Source: Candidatus Scatovivens sp.
GTDB taxonomy: Bacteria > Bacillota > Clostridia > TANB77 > CAG-508
Length of the DNA: 64,000 nucleotides
Assembly: GCA_045646345.1 (NCBI GenBank)
Contig: JAZRKN010000015.1
Location: 64,001-128,000 of the forward strand
Direction: 5' to 3'
Shown here: piece by piece, positions 39,137 to 48,635 of the stretch
Layout of the letters: each line of letters begins with the position of its first letter
Position numbering within the stretch: position 1 is the first letter of the stretch
The notes under the pieces: generated by a model
Database searches by the model: none
What the model saw: the letters and a program-made list of their open reading frames with translations, nothing else
What the model was told of the DNA's origin: nothing
Made by a program: the position numbers and the translations under genes

Positions 39137-41758
39137 TTATTTATAAATAATTCTTATATATTTTATTGCATTTTTGAAAACTTCATTTTGATCTGTAATT
39201 TTGTCTTCTACTCCATCACCATCGGCATCACTTCCAGTTCCAACATATGCTGTTGTACCATCAGCTAAATTATCGAAATATAAATTTATTGATGTACCAT
39301 CTATTTTTTGTGTATCATCTTGAGTTATAGTTAAGTTAGGATCTAATCTTACTACTATAGTATTCTCAACAGTTACATTTGATGAAATTGCATAAATTTC
39401 ATTTGTTAATAAATTTGAATTATTGATAAATCCAACTTGATATTGAAGTACAGATTCTTGTGGGTTTGTAGTCTTTATCGTTCCTAATACAATCTCAACA
39501 GCTTTTACATTTTTTAATGGTAATGTCGATAATTCTGCAATTTTATTTTTTTCATATATTATTTCGTATCCTTGTGGTATTGAAACAGCATTCATTTTAT
39601 ATAAGTTATTTCTACATTTTCCAATTCCTATATAGTACTCTCTTAGTAAATCTTTACAAACAGGAATATCCGCAGAATCTGCTGCTTCTATCATTCCATT
39701 TGATTGTATCACAACTCCAGTTGCTTTTTCAAAAAATTGATTTTCCTCATAATTCCCATCATTTATACAATCATAACAAGCAAAATTTTTATGATCATAT
39801 CTATAAGATAATAAAGAATTATGTTTATTATATACTTTGTCATATTTTGCATCTTTTGACGCAAAACCAATTTGTTCAGGAACCCCTCCAGCTAAACCTT
39901 TTCTTAGAAGTTTTGGACAATCTATTTTATGATATTCTGATAATTCATTTGAAAAATCAGCTTTATCAACAAAATATAAATCCTCTGCTGAAACAGAAAT
40001 TTCATTATTAGTGCTTGATACTATCATATAGTTATTATATGTTTTTAAACCACAGTGATATCCTTGTAAGAATGATACGATAGAAGGATTTGTCAACACT
40101 TTAATCCACTCTTCTTCTTCCATAATAGGCATTGCATATGTACTTCTTCCAGTTGTCATTGTATTATATGTTGACATCGCTAAGTTTAAATTATATTGTA
40201 TAGAATTTCTTATTACATTTAATTTATGTGTTGCAAATATTGAGTCAATAGGTACTTCTGTTATTCCTATTTCTGTTTGTCCCTCAATAGCAAATATCGG
40301 ATCATCAGACTCTTCAAAATTGTATGTTAACAATTGACTTCCATTTACTGATCTATATTCTTGTCCAGCAATTTCAACCAAATCTTTTTCAAGAACACCA
40401 CCTAAATTTGCTTGAACCCATTCTGTAAAAATTATTCCAGAAACATAATATGTCATTGCAGAAATTTTATCTAATTCATATTGCAAATTATTTCTTTCTT
40501 CTCTTGTAAGTGTTACAATTTCATCAAGTTTCCCAATTGTATCTGTACTTGTAAGTGTTAACCCTGTTTTTGTTATAAAATCAGTTATTTCTGCAGTGCC
40601 TTCAGGCATTGCTCCAACTTGAATCGCTAATTTATAATAATGAGCGTTATCAATTCTAGTATTACATACAGTAATCTGTCTACTTAATTCATCATAAGAA
40701 CCATGTCCACCTGAAGTAAGTTTAATATAATCCGTAGTTCCTTGTACGATTTTATCTTTGTAACCTTGATTTTTATCATTTATATCATAGCCAACAGTAG
40801 CACTCCAATTTGGATTTGCAATCTCTAGTTCTATTACTTTTCCTGATTCTACCTGTTTTTTTGCATCTTCTTGACTATATTTCATTAAATCAATAATATC
40901 TGCACCAGTAGCATTATAGCAATCATTTGGTAATAAATACCCTGATTTTGTATAATAAATATCACCTATAGTTCCTTCTATAGTGATAAAATTATCTAAT
41001 GTATAAACAACTGAAATATCAAAACTTCCCGTTCTTTTATATCTTGCTGAATATGGCATATATGATTTTAAAACATTTTTGGTTTTTAATTCAGCATCAG
41101 CAATATTTGTAGTATATACTGTTGGGTCTGATGGATTGGCTTTTTTCTTTTGATATAAAATTTGACCATAATCTTGTTTTACAAAACCAGGATCATTTTT
41201 TCTTAAATAATTACCAACATCCGAATAATTTGCATATTTAATATGCCCACTTCCTCCAGCCTTACATTCAGCACATTCATCCTCAGATGCTTGAGTTGGA
41301 TGAGCAACTGTATATGTATAATCAGAACCATTTATTTTTACACCAGAATCTCCAACGGCAACAGCATTACCATCTGAATCTGTAAGCACTATAGGAACTC
41401 TCGTTGGTGCATATATATAATAACCATCATATAACGTATACAATAATGATGGTACATATGGTTCTATATAGTTTTTACTAGCATTAGACATACCTAAATT
41501 TGTAGCTAAAGTATTAATAAAGACATTTGAAGATGCCTCTATTATTGTACGCAAAGAATCAGACACGGTCGATAAATCCTCATTTGCTGTATTAATTTCA
41601 AATGCGGATAATGCATCACGTGTCGAATTCAATAATTTTGCGTCATATTGATTTTGTAAATTTATTGTTTCTACTTGCAATCTTATGTAATACGATAATA
41701 CTAATATTAATGGTAATACAATCAATGCAAATAGTACACTAACACCTTGTAATTTCAT
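39137..41758 (-). CDS. large pilus-associated protein (putative tip/TadG-like) of the Tad-like locus
   Basis: MKLQGVSVLFALIVLP N-terminal TM, then YDAKL..ST.DA...F helix and Y.P....LYDGYYIY. Last gene of the pilin-like series (track start 41764). Confidence 0.55.
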   Translation of the reverse strand: MKLQGVSVLFALIVLPLILVLSYYIRLQVETINLQNQYDAKLLNSTRDALSAFEINTANEDLSTVSDSLRTIIEASSNVFINTLATNLGMSNASKNYIEPYVPSLLYTLYDGYYIYAPTRVPIVLTDSDGNAVAVGDSGVKINGSDYTYTVAHPTQASEDECAECKAGGSGHIKYANYSDVGNYLRKNDPGFVKQDYGQILYQKKKANPSDPTVYTTNIADAELKTKNVLKSYMPYSARYKRTGSFDISVVYTLDNFITIEGTIGDIYYTKSGYLLPNDCYNATGADIIDLMKYSQEDAKKQVESGKVIELEIANPNWSATVGYDINDKNQGYKDKIVQGTTDYIKLTSGGHGSYDELSRQITVCNTRIDNAHYYKLAIQVGAMPEGTAEITDFITKTGLTLTSTDTIGKLDEIVTLTREERNNLQYELDKISAMTYYVSGIIFTEWVQANLGGVLEKDLVEIAGQEYRSVNGSQLLTYNFEESDDPIFAIEGQTEIGITEVPIDSIFATHKLNVIRNSIQYNLNLAMSTYNTMTTGRSTYAMPIMEEEEWIKVLTNPSIVSFLQGYHCGLKTYNNYMIVSSTNNEISVSAEDLYFVDKADFSNELSEYHKIDCPKLLRKGLAGGVPEQIGFASKDAKYDKVYNKHNSLLSYRYDHKNFACYDCINDGNYEENQFFEKATGVVIQSNGMIEAADSADIPVCKDLLREYYIGIGKCRNNLYKMNAVSIPQGYEIIYEKNKIAELSTLPLKNVKAVEIVLGTIKTTNPQESVLQYQVGFINNSNLLTNEIYAISSNVTVENTIVVRLDPNLTITQDDTQKIDGTSINLYFDNLADGTTAYVGTGSDADGDGVEDKITDQNEVFKNAIKYIRIIYK

Positions 41759-41775
41759 TAACAACTTCCTTTATA

Positions 41776-42321
41776 TTAATAAGATCCATTTGCTGTTACA
41801 ACACCAGAATGTTGCGCTGCAATTGTATATACATCGCTTCCTGAAATTGAGTAAAATACTCCTCTAATAGTTTGAGATAATGTTTTGTTAGTATTTTTTA
41901 CGCTAACTGAAAAAATATCTCCTTCTTTCATTTTATAAACTCCGTTTGAGTTATATGTTCCAGCTCTATCTTCTAAAACTTCAACAATTTGAGAAGTATA
42001 TACAGAGTAATAAACATTTTCACCAATTACTGTACCTTGTGTCCAAGCAGATTTTTTACCAATGTTTTCATCCAAAATTTTTACTTCCATTTCTACATCG
42101 TATGAATTTCCTGTAGCAGCAATTGTTGTAACTAATTTTGTATAATTATCCATTGTTATTTTTCCTATTGTTCTTGAATTATCAACAAATTCAGCTGTTG
42201 CAGTTTGTACTGATAATTGTGATATATCATCACTTCTTTCAGATACTGATAATAATGGGAAAATAAACATTAAAACAGTTGCAAGTAATATAGCAACAAT
42301 TGTAATTAATGTATCACTCAT
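41776..42321 (-). CDS. minor pilin-like protein (TadE-like)
   Basis: N-terminal TM, then T.EFVD..R..GKIT...Y..L / MK.GD.FSVSVKN. RBS AAGGAGG. Confidence 0.6.
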   Translation of the reverse strand: MSDTLITIVAILLATVLMFIFPLLSVSERSDDISQLSVQTATAEFVDNSRTIGKITMDNYTKLVTTIAATGNSYDVEMEVKILDENIGKKSAWTQGTVIGENVYYSVYTSQIVEVLEDRAGTYNSNGVYKMKEGDIFSVSVKNTNKTLSQTIRGVFYSISGSDVYTIAAQHSGVVTANGSY

Positions 42322-42364
42322 ATAATTTTTCCTCCTTAAATTTTTTTATTATATTATTTATTTT

Positions 42365-43157
42365 TTACGGTATCAATGTATAAATTATTATAGTCTTATC
42401 TTTAGCATTTGCTCCTACAACTAATTCGTCACCTTCTTCAGTTTCAAGAGTTTGTCCAGTATATGAATAATTTATAAATTCTTCTTTAAACATATTTCCA
42501 TATTTTATTGCTTGGCAAAATTTATTATTTGTATAGTCTAAATATTTGTTATTTATATATCCTGCTTGTCCATTAATAAATAAATCTACTCTTAATTTTA
42601 CTAGTTCTGGGTTACCTAACCATGGTGCTCCGTTTAAGTAATAATTTTTACATGCAGCAGTTATGTTATCACCAAAAATAGCATTATATGCTTCATTTTG
42701 AATCATTGAAACAGTTAATGCCCCTTCATTAAGACTTCTATCGCCTACTGCTCCATTTGCTTTACCTTCTAAGTATACATCAAATAGTTGTATAACATCT
42801 CCGGCCTTCATCACAGATTTTAACACAGAAATTTTCTTTATAATATCTATATAATGTAGGGATAATTGTCTCTGCTGATACAATTCTTGATGTTCCTATT
42901 GCAAGTGAATCTTCAGAATCAGTAAATAAAGAACCACAAGAATCACAATATTTATTCTTTGATGGATTTTTTACTCCACAACTACATGCCTTTAGTAATT
43001 CCACATTGTCATAATACGCAGTTGAATCAGAATAAAATACTAAAGTTTCTGCTGTTGTAGCAACCATTGAAAGCATAAAGATTGCTAGAGATAATGCAAT
43101 TACTAATACAAAAACGGCAAACGCCATATTAACCGCGGTGGTTGCATTCTCGTCCAT
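42365..43157 (-). CDS. pilin-like protein with zinc-ribbon insert, interrupted by a +1 frameshift at a CGG codon (263 aa if read through)
   Basis: Track ORFs 42780..43157 and 42365..42883 join by skipping one base at GAA GGC C|GGA GAT (42803), giving YYKENFCVKICDEG-GDVIQLFD. Otherwise a pseudogene or assembly error. Confidence 0.7.
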
Positions 43158-43191
43158 ATTTTTTCCCTTTCTTATATATTCTTATATTAAA

Positions 43192-43231
43192 GTAAAGTGG
43201 TATATAAGTATAAAATATATACCACTTTTAT
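43192..43231 (-). terminator. internal hairpin (terminator or mRNA stabiliser) within the pilus locus
   Basis: taaagtggtatata...tatataccacttta inverted repeat just after the 43244 stop. Confidence 0.65.
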
Positions 43232-43243
43232 TTACTTATTTAA

Positions 43244-43726
43244 TTATTTTCTTAATATTGGTTCCATCTTATCTGTTTTGCTGTAAGATACATTAATGTA
43301 ATCTATTAAGCCATTATCTTGATAAGATATCTCAACCCAATATTTATGTTTTGCATCTATAGCTGTTTTAATTTTTTCTAATTCTTTAATATAAACAGAA
43401 TTATTATCAGCTTCTGGTATTCCAGAATCCAATGTTTTATCTGATGTTTCTAAAATAACACCAGGAATTTTTGTTACTTCTGCTTTATTTACATTAGAAT
43501 TAGATATTAATGTCACTATTAATGCTTTTAGATTTGCTCCTGATTGTTCTCCTTCATACATAGTAAACTTTAGATTGAACGCATCAATTTCTTGCGTAGA
43601 CATTGAAAGCATTGCACTATCTACAGTTCCTTTTGATGAATTAGTTATATAAATTCCTGAAGCAATTATTAATACTACAACTAATATAGCTCCAGCTATT
43701 AATAGAGCTTTTGAAGTATTTTCCAT
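43244..43726 (-). CDS. pilin-like protein, MEN-SKAL family
   Basis: MENTSKALLIAGAILV TM, then MSTQEIDAFN..FT.YEG.Q.G.N.KAL. Close paralog of 43743..44246. Confidence 0.7.
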   Translation of the reverse strand: MENTSKALLIAGAILVVVLIIASGIYITNSSKGTVDSAMLSMSTQEIDAFNLKFTMYEGEQSGANLKALIVTLISNSNVNKAEVTKIPGVILETSDKTLDSGIPEADNNSVYIKELEKIKTAIDAKHKYWVEISYQDNGLIDYINVSYSKTDKMEPILRK

Positions 43727-43742
43727 AATTTATTTTCCTTTA

Positions 43743-44246
43743 TTATCTTGTGTGATTATCTGGATTTTCTTTTACGTTTGCATCATAAGAAATTACTAAA
43801 TAATCGATAATACCATTGTCTTGGAAGTTAATTTCAATCCAATATTCATGTTTTGTTTCAACACTATTTCTAATTTTTCCTAATGTTGTAATATAGTTTT
43901 GTGGCATACCAGCATCGTTAGCGCCGAATTTTGCTTCCATATTATTTCTTTTTGTGTTGCTTAATTGGTTAATATAAACTTGAGGAACTTTTGCTGGTTC
44001 ATCTCTATATGTATCAGCATTAGCTATTAATCTTCCCATTAAAGCTTTAACGTTTGATCCTGTTTGAGCACCTTCATATCCTGTAAATTGGTTGTTGAAA
44101 GCGTCGATTTCTTGTGTTGACATTGATGTTAATGAATCTGTAATTGTACTTGATGCACTATTGTAAATAAACATACCAATAGCGATAATCAAAATACATA
44201 ATAAAATTGCACCTGCTATTAAAAGTGCCTTTGAAGCATTCTCCAT
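43743..44246 (-). CDS. pilin-like protein, MEN-SKAL family; candidate major subunit
   Basis: MENASKALLIAGAILL TM, strongest RBS (AAGGAGG), and TTC/AAC/ATC-rich codon usage. Confidence 0.7.
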   Translation of the reverse strand: MENASKALLIAGAILLCILIIAIGMFIYNSASSTITDSLTSMSTQEIDAFNNQFTGYEGAQTGSNVKALMGRLIANADTYRDEPAKVPQVYINQLSNTKRNNMEAKFGANDAGMPQNYITTLGKIRNSVETKHEYWIEINFQDNGIIDYLVISYDANVKENPDNHTR

Positions 44247-44322
44247 AACTTCATCCTCCTTAAAATTGTATATTTTATTTAAAATTAACTAGAAAACATT
44301 GTCTAGTATAACATTAAAAACT

Positions 44323-44757
44323 TTAGTATTCTTCGGCAATAAATGTCATTGTTGCAACTCTTCCTGTTTTTTCATGATATGTTATTTCTGAGCATTTAAA
44401 GTCGATTTCTCCAAAATGTCTTACAAAATTTGCTATATCAGATGATACAATTCTTTCCATACCTAACGTAATTTCATCTAGAGCTAATGTAACATAAATC
44501 TCTATACTAAATTCATCATCTAATACATATAAATTTTTCTCATCCTTTGTGATTGAATATTTTTCATTATTACTTGTTGCTTTATTTATAACTGAAATTA
44601 CATCTAAACCATTTATATCTTCTTTATTATACATTTCATATTGAGCATTAAATGATTCTATTTCTCTTTTCTTTGTTTGATATTCTTTATATTCAAAGAA
44701 AACTACAGCTGAAATTGCAATTACAATAATAACAATTACAAGAAAAAATTTTTTCAT
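44323..44757 (-). CDS. pilin-like protein (same C-terminal domain family)
   Basis: N-terminal TM, FNAQYEMY...NGLDVISVINKA..NNEKY, FKC..I.Y...TGRV..M.F shared with 45648..46499. Confidence 0.65.
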   Translation of the reverse strand: MKKFFLVIVIIVIAISAVVFFEYKEYQTKKREIESFNAQYEMYNKEDINGLDVISVINKATSNNEKYSITKDEKNLYVLDDEFSIEIYVTLALDEITLGMERIVSSDIANFVRHFGEIDFKCSEITYHEKTGRVATMTFIAEEY

Positions 44758-44805
44758 TTATAAAACCTACTTTTCTTTATGTTTTTATTTCATATGTCTG
44801 GTTGT

Positions 44806-44834
44806 ATTTTATCTAATTATTCTTTTTTTTTCAA
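44806..44834 (-). promoter_or_regulatory. internal sigma-A-type promoter in the pilus locus
   Basis: TTGAAA-17 nt-TAAAAT in the 126-nt gap upstream of 44757. Confidence 0.5.
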
Positions 44835-44883
44835 TATCTATTAGTCAAAAAAATACATTTTTTATTAATACATTTTTATACTA

Positions 44884-45627
44884 TTATTTTTCAATTTTAT
44901 CCATATATTCAGGATTTATATATAGCTTTAACTTAATATACTTTACTTTTCCTGATATTTCATAATATGTAAATTCATCAGCAGATTCACATACAAAAAT
45001 ATATTTATACACTCTTCTGTTATTAGGAAGTAATCCTGATTGTGATAATGTTTCTATTTCAGTATTTATTGTTTGAGATTCTGGCACTGGCGGTGTTGGT
45101 CTATTTAAATCATTATATTCATCTGCACCATACACATCCAGAGTTATTTGTTGTCCTGCTATATCTTCTAATGTCTTTAATCTATTTATAGGACAATTTA
45201 ATAAATCATATGTCGAAACTACTTTTTTTGTAGCTCCACTTTCTAATAACATTGTATTTCTTTTGGTCAAGTATTTTTTTTCTTCTGGCTTAATTTTATT
45301 TGCATCTTTATAGTCACTTGGTATTGAATAAATTGTTCCTCCAATATCAACCTCCAATTGTACCGCCACATCTTTTGAATACTCAACAGCTTCATTTGTA
45401 CTATAAACCAAATTTGCTAATGTTACAACATCTGTTATCGTATTTGTAGTAGAATCAAAAATTTCAAATTGGCTATTATATTTTTCTAATTGTAAATTTA
45501 TATGCTGTTCATCATGAACTCTTGAAACATTTCCTCCAGCTCTAAACATAATAATCATTATTGTTAAAAGAAATACTCCAAGTAGTACTGTAGCAGCCAT
45601 TATCAACGCTCTTGAGCCATTTTCCAT
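44884..45627 (-). CDS. pilin-like protein, MEN family
   Basis: MENGSRALIMAATVLL TM, YNSQFEIF...DVVTLAN, F.C...Y..ISGKV..I. Confidence 0.65.
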   Translation of the reverse strand: MENGSRALIMAATVLLGVFLLTIMIIMFRAGGNVSRVHDEQHINLQLEKYNSQFEIFDSTTNTITDVVTLANLVYSTNEAVEYSKDVAVQLEVDIGGTIYSIPSDYKDANKIKPEEKKYLTKRNTMLLESGATKKVVSTYDLLNCPINRLKTLEDIAGQQITLDVYGADEYNDLNRPTPPVPESQTINTEIETLSQSGLLPNNRRVYKYIFVCESADEFTYYEISGKVKYIKLKLYINPEYMDKIEK

Positions 45628-45647
45628 AGATTACCTACTCCTATATT

Positions 45648-46499
45648 TTATATTTCTGAAAAGTATATTTCATTAACTCTTCCTGTTACATCACTATATT
45701 TTATATCATCACATTGAAAGCGTCTAGTTTTAAAATCATATAACGCTGTAGTCCAAACTGCAGTACTCCATTTTTTTAATTCATTTTGATCTCCATAATT
45801 AGTAACAGTTTGTTTCATATTTGTACTAGCTAAACTAACTAAATTTTGAAGCGCTGTTGCAGGTGTTAATTTATTATCTTTAAATAAACTATTAGCATAA
45901 GTTCCTGGACTAGCAGTAACTGCTAAAGGCTCTAGCCCTCCTAATTGCCCCGAACTTGATATTTCAACATATTTAGTTCCTAGGGAAGTAGTTTTATCAA
46001 AAGATGAATATGATTTTGCAGATCCAGCAACGTCTTTAGAATTAAATACAAAACCAACGTCTCCCATCGTTATTGAATTTAAATCTGGTCTTGTTTCTGA
46101 TTCCAATAACATTTTTTGTTTATTAAATCCAGAAGCATTTTCATCAAAGTAATAAATTTCTAAAGATTCTTCTAAATTTGAATTAATATTTACATAAACA
46201 TTAATCCAATATGTTTGACCATATTTATTTCCTGTTAAATATTTTCCACCTTCAACATATTTCTCATTATTACTTTGAGCCTTCGTTAAGCAAGATATAA
46301 CATCTGCTCCATACATTGCCTTTTTATCATAAACTTCATATTCTAAATTAAATTTTGATAATTGCTCTGCTGTTTCCATTGAGTCTTCTTCCAACGGCCA
46401 TAATCTAACCGTTGAAAAGAAGTAAGCAATAAGAGACATTATTAATACAGCAACTAAAACTCCAGCTGCTATTTCTATGGCTTTCGCAGCATTTTCCAT
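45648..46499 (-). CDS. pilin-like protein, MEN family
   Basis: MENAAKAIEIAAGVLV TM, FNLEYEVY...YGADVIS...KA.SNNEKY, FQC..I.Y...TGRV..I.F. Confidence 0.65.
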   Translation of the reverse strand: MENAAKAIEIAAGVLVAVLIMSLIAYFFSTVRLWPLEEDSMETAEQLSKFNLEYEVYDKKAMYGADVISCLTKAQSNNEKYVEGGKYLTGNKYGQTYWINVYVNINSNLEESLEIYYFDENASGFNKQKMLLESETRPDLNSITMGDVGFVFNSKDVAGSAKSYSSFDKTTSLGTKYVEISSSGQLGGLEPLAVTASPGTYANSLFKDNKLTPATALQNLVSLASTNMKQTVTNYGDQNELKKWSTAVWTTALYDFKTRRFQCDDIKYSDVTGRVNEIYFSEI

Positions 46500-46518
46500 A
46501 TTAATTTACCTTTCTTTA

Positions 46519-48591
46519 TTACATTGACATTGAAGACATTGTAGAGAATGCTTCTGTCATACTTGTCATACCGATTACACACATTGGTACAATTAAGTAA
46601 CCAACAAATAGTATTACCATCGGTGCAAAACCAATTGCAGTTCCTATTTTTGATTTTCTTGCAATTAATCTTTCGTTTGACTCTTTTCTCTTTTCTTGAT
46701 GGTAAGCTCTTTCTGTGTCTAACTCGTCAAAAGCTTCTCTGATTGGTATTTGTTCAACTGCAGCTTGTAAGCTTTCTACGATTCTTATTAATTGTTGGAA
46801 TGATATATCGTTTTTCAATTCCTCTAATGCTTCCCATGGTCCACTTTCGTAGTTGTTTACACACTTACTGATTGGTTCTCTAAATATATTAGAATATCTC
46901 TCTAACCATTCAAGAATCATCTCAACGTTAACCCTTTCAATTTTCATAAGCATTAAGATAATTGTTTGGAATTGCATTACTTCATTTTCCATATCCATTT
47001 GTCTCATGATTTTTTGGAATATTAAAAGCCACACAGGTCCTTGATATGAAATTACCATTATAACCAATGCAATTAATACTTCAAACCATTTGATATATTC
47101 AGATTGAACAATTTGTAATTTTCCCCAAATTCTTGTTTTAATTGTTTCTAATTCTTCTGCAGAACTCATTCCATATTGATCTGATTCTGCAATTGCTTCT
47201 AATAATTTTTCTTCAGTTATATCATAGTCATTTTGATATTTTTCCAAAAAATAATTATCTTTTTCTGTTGTTTCTCTAGCTTTCTTTTCTTGAGACTCTG
47301 ACATTGTTCCAAGTAAGTTATAATCAGCTGTTGGCTCAGTAAATTGATAATTTATTGCCATTTTATGTGCTGCAAACATTATTATAATACCTAAAATGAA
47401 ACCTAAAACAGCAATCCCAAGTCTATTTATGTATAACCATTCAATTTTTAATTTTGACGCTGAGTCTTTTAATAATTGAACTATTTTTCTAAAATCTTTA
47501 GATCCTTGTTTTGGTATAAACAAATCAACAAATTTTTTAACATATGGCTTTTTATATAATTTTGCTTGCCATGGATTTTCCATATTTTTCGCTGTGTTTA
47601 CACTACCGTTATCTTTTAATTTTCTTACTATTATAAATGATAAGAATGTTAAAATAATAAGTCCTACTTGAACCAAGAATCCTAAAGTTCCATTGTAGAA
47701 TTGTCTTGTAAATGCGAACTGTCCAATAGCCCAGTTCTTTACAACATCCAAGAATAATATTGGTACTGCAGAAATCATTGATAGAGATTGGAATGTATAA
47801 TCTAATTTATCTCTTTTCATAATTTCTATTTGCATCTCTTGAGTAATATTGTTTAAGTTCTTCAAATATAAAGATGCACCGTCTTTATCTTTTCTATCAC
47901 CAAACTCTTTTGTTAAGTATGATACTCCGGCAAACTCTTTTAAGTAACTATTTGGTGATATATCATAATATTTTTCAAGTTCAGTTTCTGGATCATCAGA
48001 AATTAAAACTTCATATATTTTTTCAGCTTGTCTTGATACTTCTTTTTCATCATCTTGTGATACTTCATAAATCGCTTCTTCAACCATGTTATATTCGTGA
48101 TAAGCATGTCTGATTTCAGCAAAGAAATCTAATTGTTCTCTTAATAATTTATTGTCAATTCCATCAACCATACCTTCTAAAAGAGATTCAAGGAAGAACA
48201 ACTCAAATAACAATAGTGAACTTAATAATAGGTAGTTTGAATGTGTCATGTAAATTACAAAACCAGTTAAAGGTACTACTAATACAACTGCTTTAAACAT
48301 AATTTTAGCAACTTGTTTTCTTGTAATGTACTCATCTTCTAAGTTGATAATCTCTAATCTTCTTCTTAATTTTAGAGTATATCTTCTTAAGAATGGTAAA
48401 TTAACACATTTAATATAGAATTTTTGATAAAAAACATCCATACTAAATGAAGACTTTTTAGTTCCTTCAACTAATTGTTTTACATATTTAGTATTCTTGT
48501 TTTGCATTTTGCTACTCATTATCACATATGCAAGAACAAGAATCCCCAATAAGCCACCTACAATAGCTATTAATAATACTGGTAAACTCAT
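46519..48591 (-). CDS. fused TadB/TadC-like inner-membrane platform protein
   Basis: Directly downstream of the CpaF ATPase. Two T2SSF-like helical modules, each followed by TMs (QLDFFAEIRHAY..; MENEVMQFQTIILML..LEWLE). Confidence 0.7.
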   Translation of the reverse strand: MSLPVLLIAIVGGLLGILVLAYVIMSSKMQNKNTKYVKQLVEGTKKSSFSMDVFYQKFYIKCVNLPFLRRYTLKLRRRLEIINLEDEYITRKQVAKIMFKAVVLVVPLTGFVIYMTHSNYLLLSSLLLFELFFLESLLEGMVDGIDNKLLREQLDFFAEIRHAYHEYNMVEEAIYEVSQDDEKEVSRQAEKIYEVLISDDPETELEKYYDISPNSYLKEFAGVSYLTKEFGDRKDKDGASLYLKNLNNITQEMQIEIMKRDKLDYTFQSLSMISAVPILFLDVVKNWAIGQFAFTRQFYNGTLGFLVQVGLIILTFLSFIIVRKLKDNGSVNTAKNMENPWQAKLYKKPYVKKFVDLFIPKQGSKDFRKIVQLLKDSASKLKIEWLYINRLGIAVLGFILGIIIMFAAHKMAINYQFTEPTADYNLLGTMSESQEKKARETTEKDNYFLEKYQNDYDITEEKLLEAIAESDQYGMSSAEELETIKTRIWGKLQIVQSEYIKWFEVLIALVIMVISYQGPVWLLIFQKIMRQMDMENEVMQFQTIILMLMKIERVNVEMILEWLERYSNIFREPISKCVNNYESGPWEALEELKNDISFQQLIRIVESLQAAVEQIPIREAFDELDTERAYHQEKRKESNERLIARKSKIGTAIGFAPMVILFVGYLIVPMCVIGMTSMTEAFSTMSSMSM

Positions 48592-48635
48592 TTAGTTGCT
48601 TCCTCTCTTTCTAAAGTTTATAGTCTTTATCTTTT

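Noticed and set aside
42803-42883. Independent start for the 172-aa ORF (MYQQRQ...)
   Set aside because: It overlaps the upstream ORF by 104 nt and has no convincing RBS. It is better explained as the +1 continuation.
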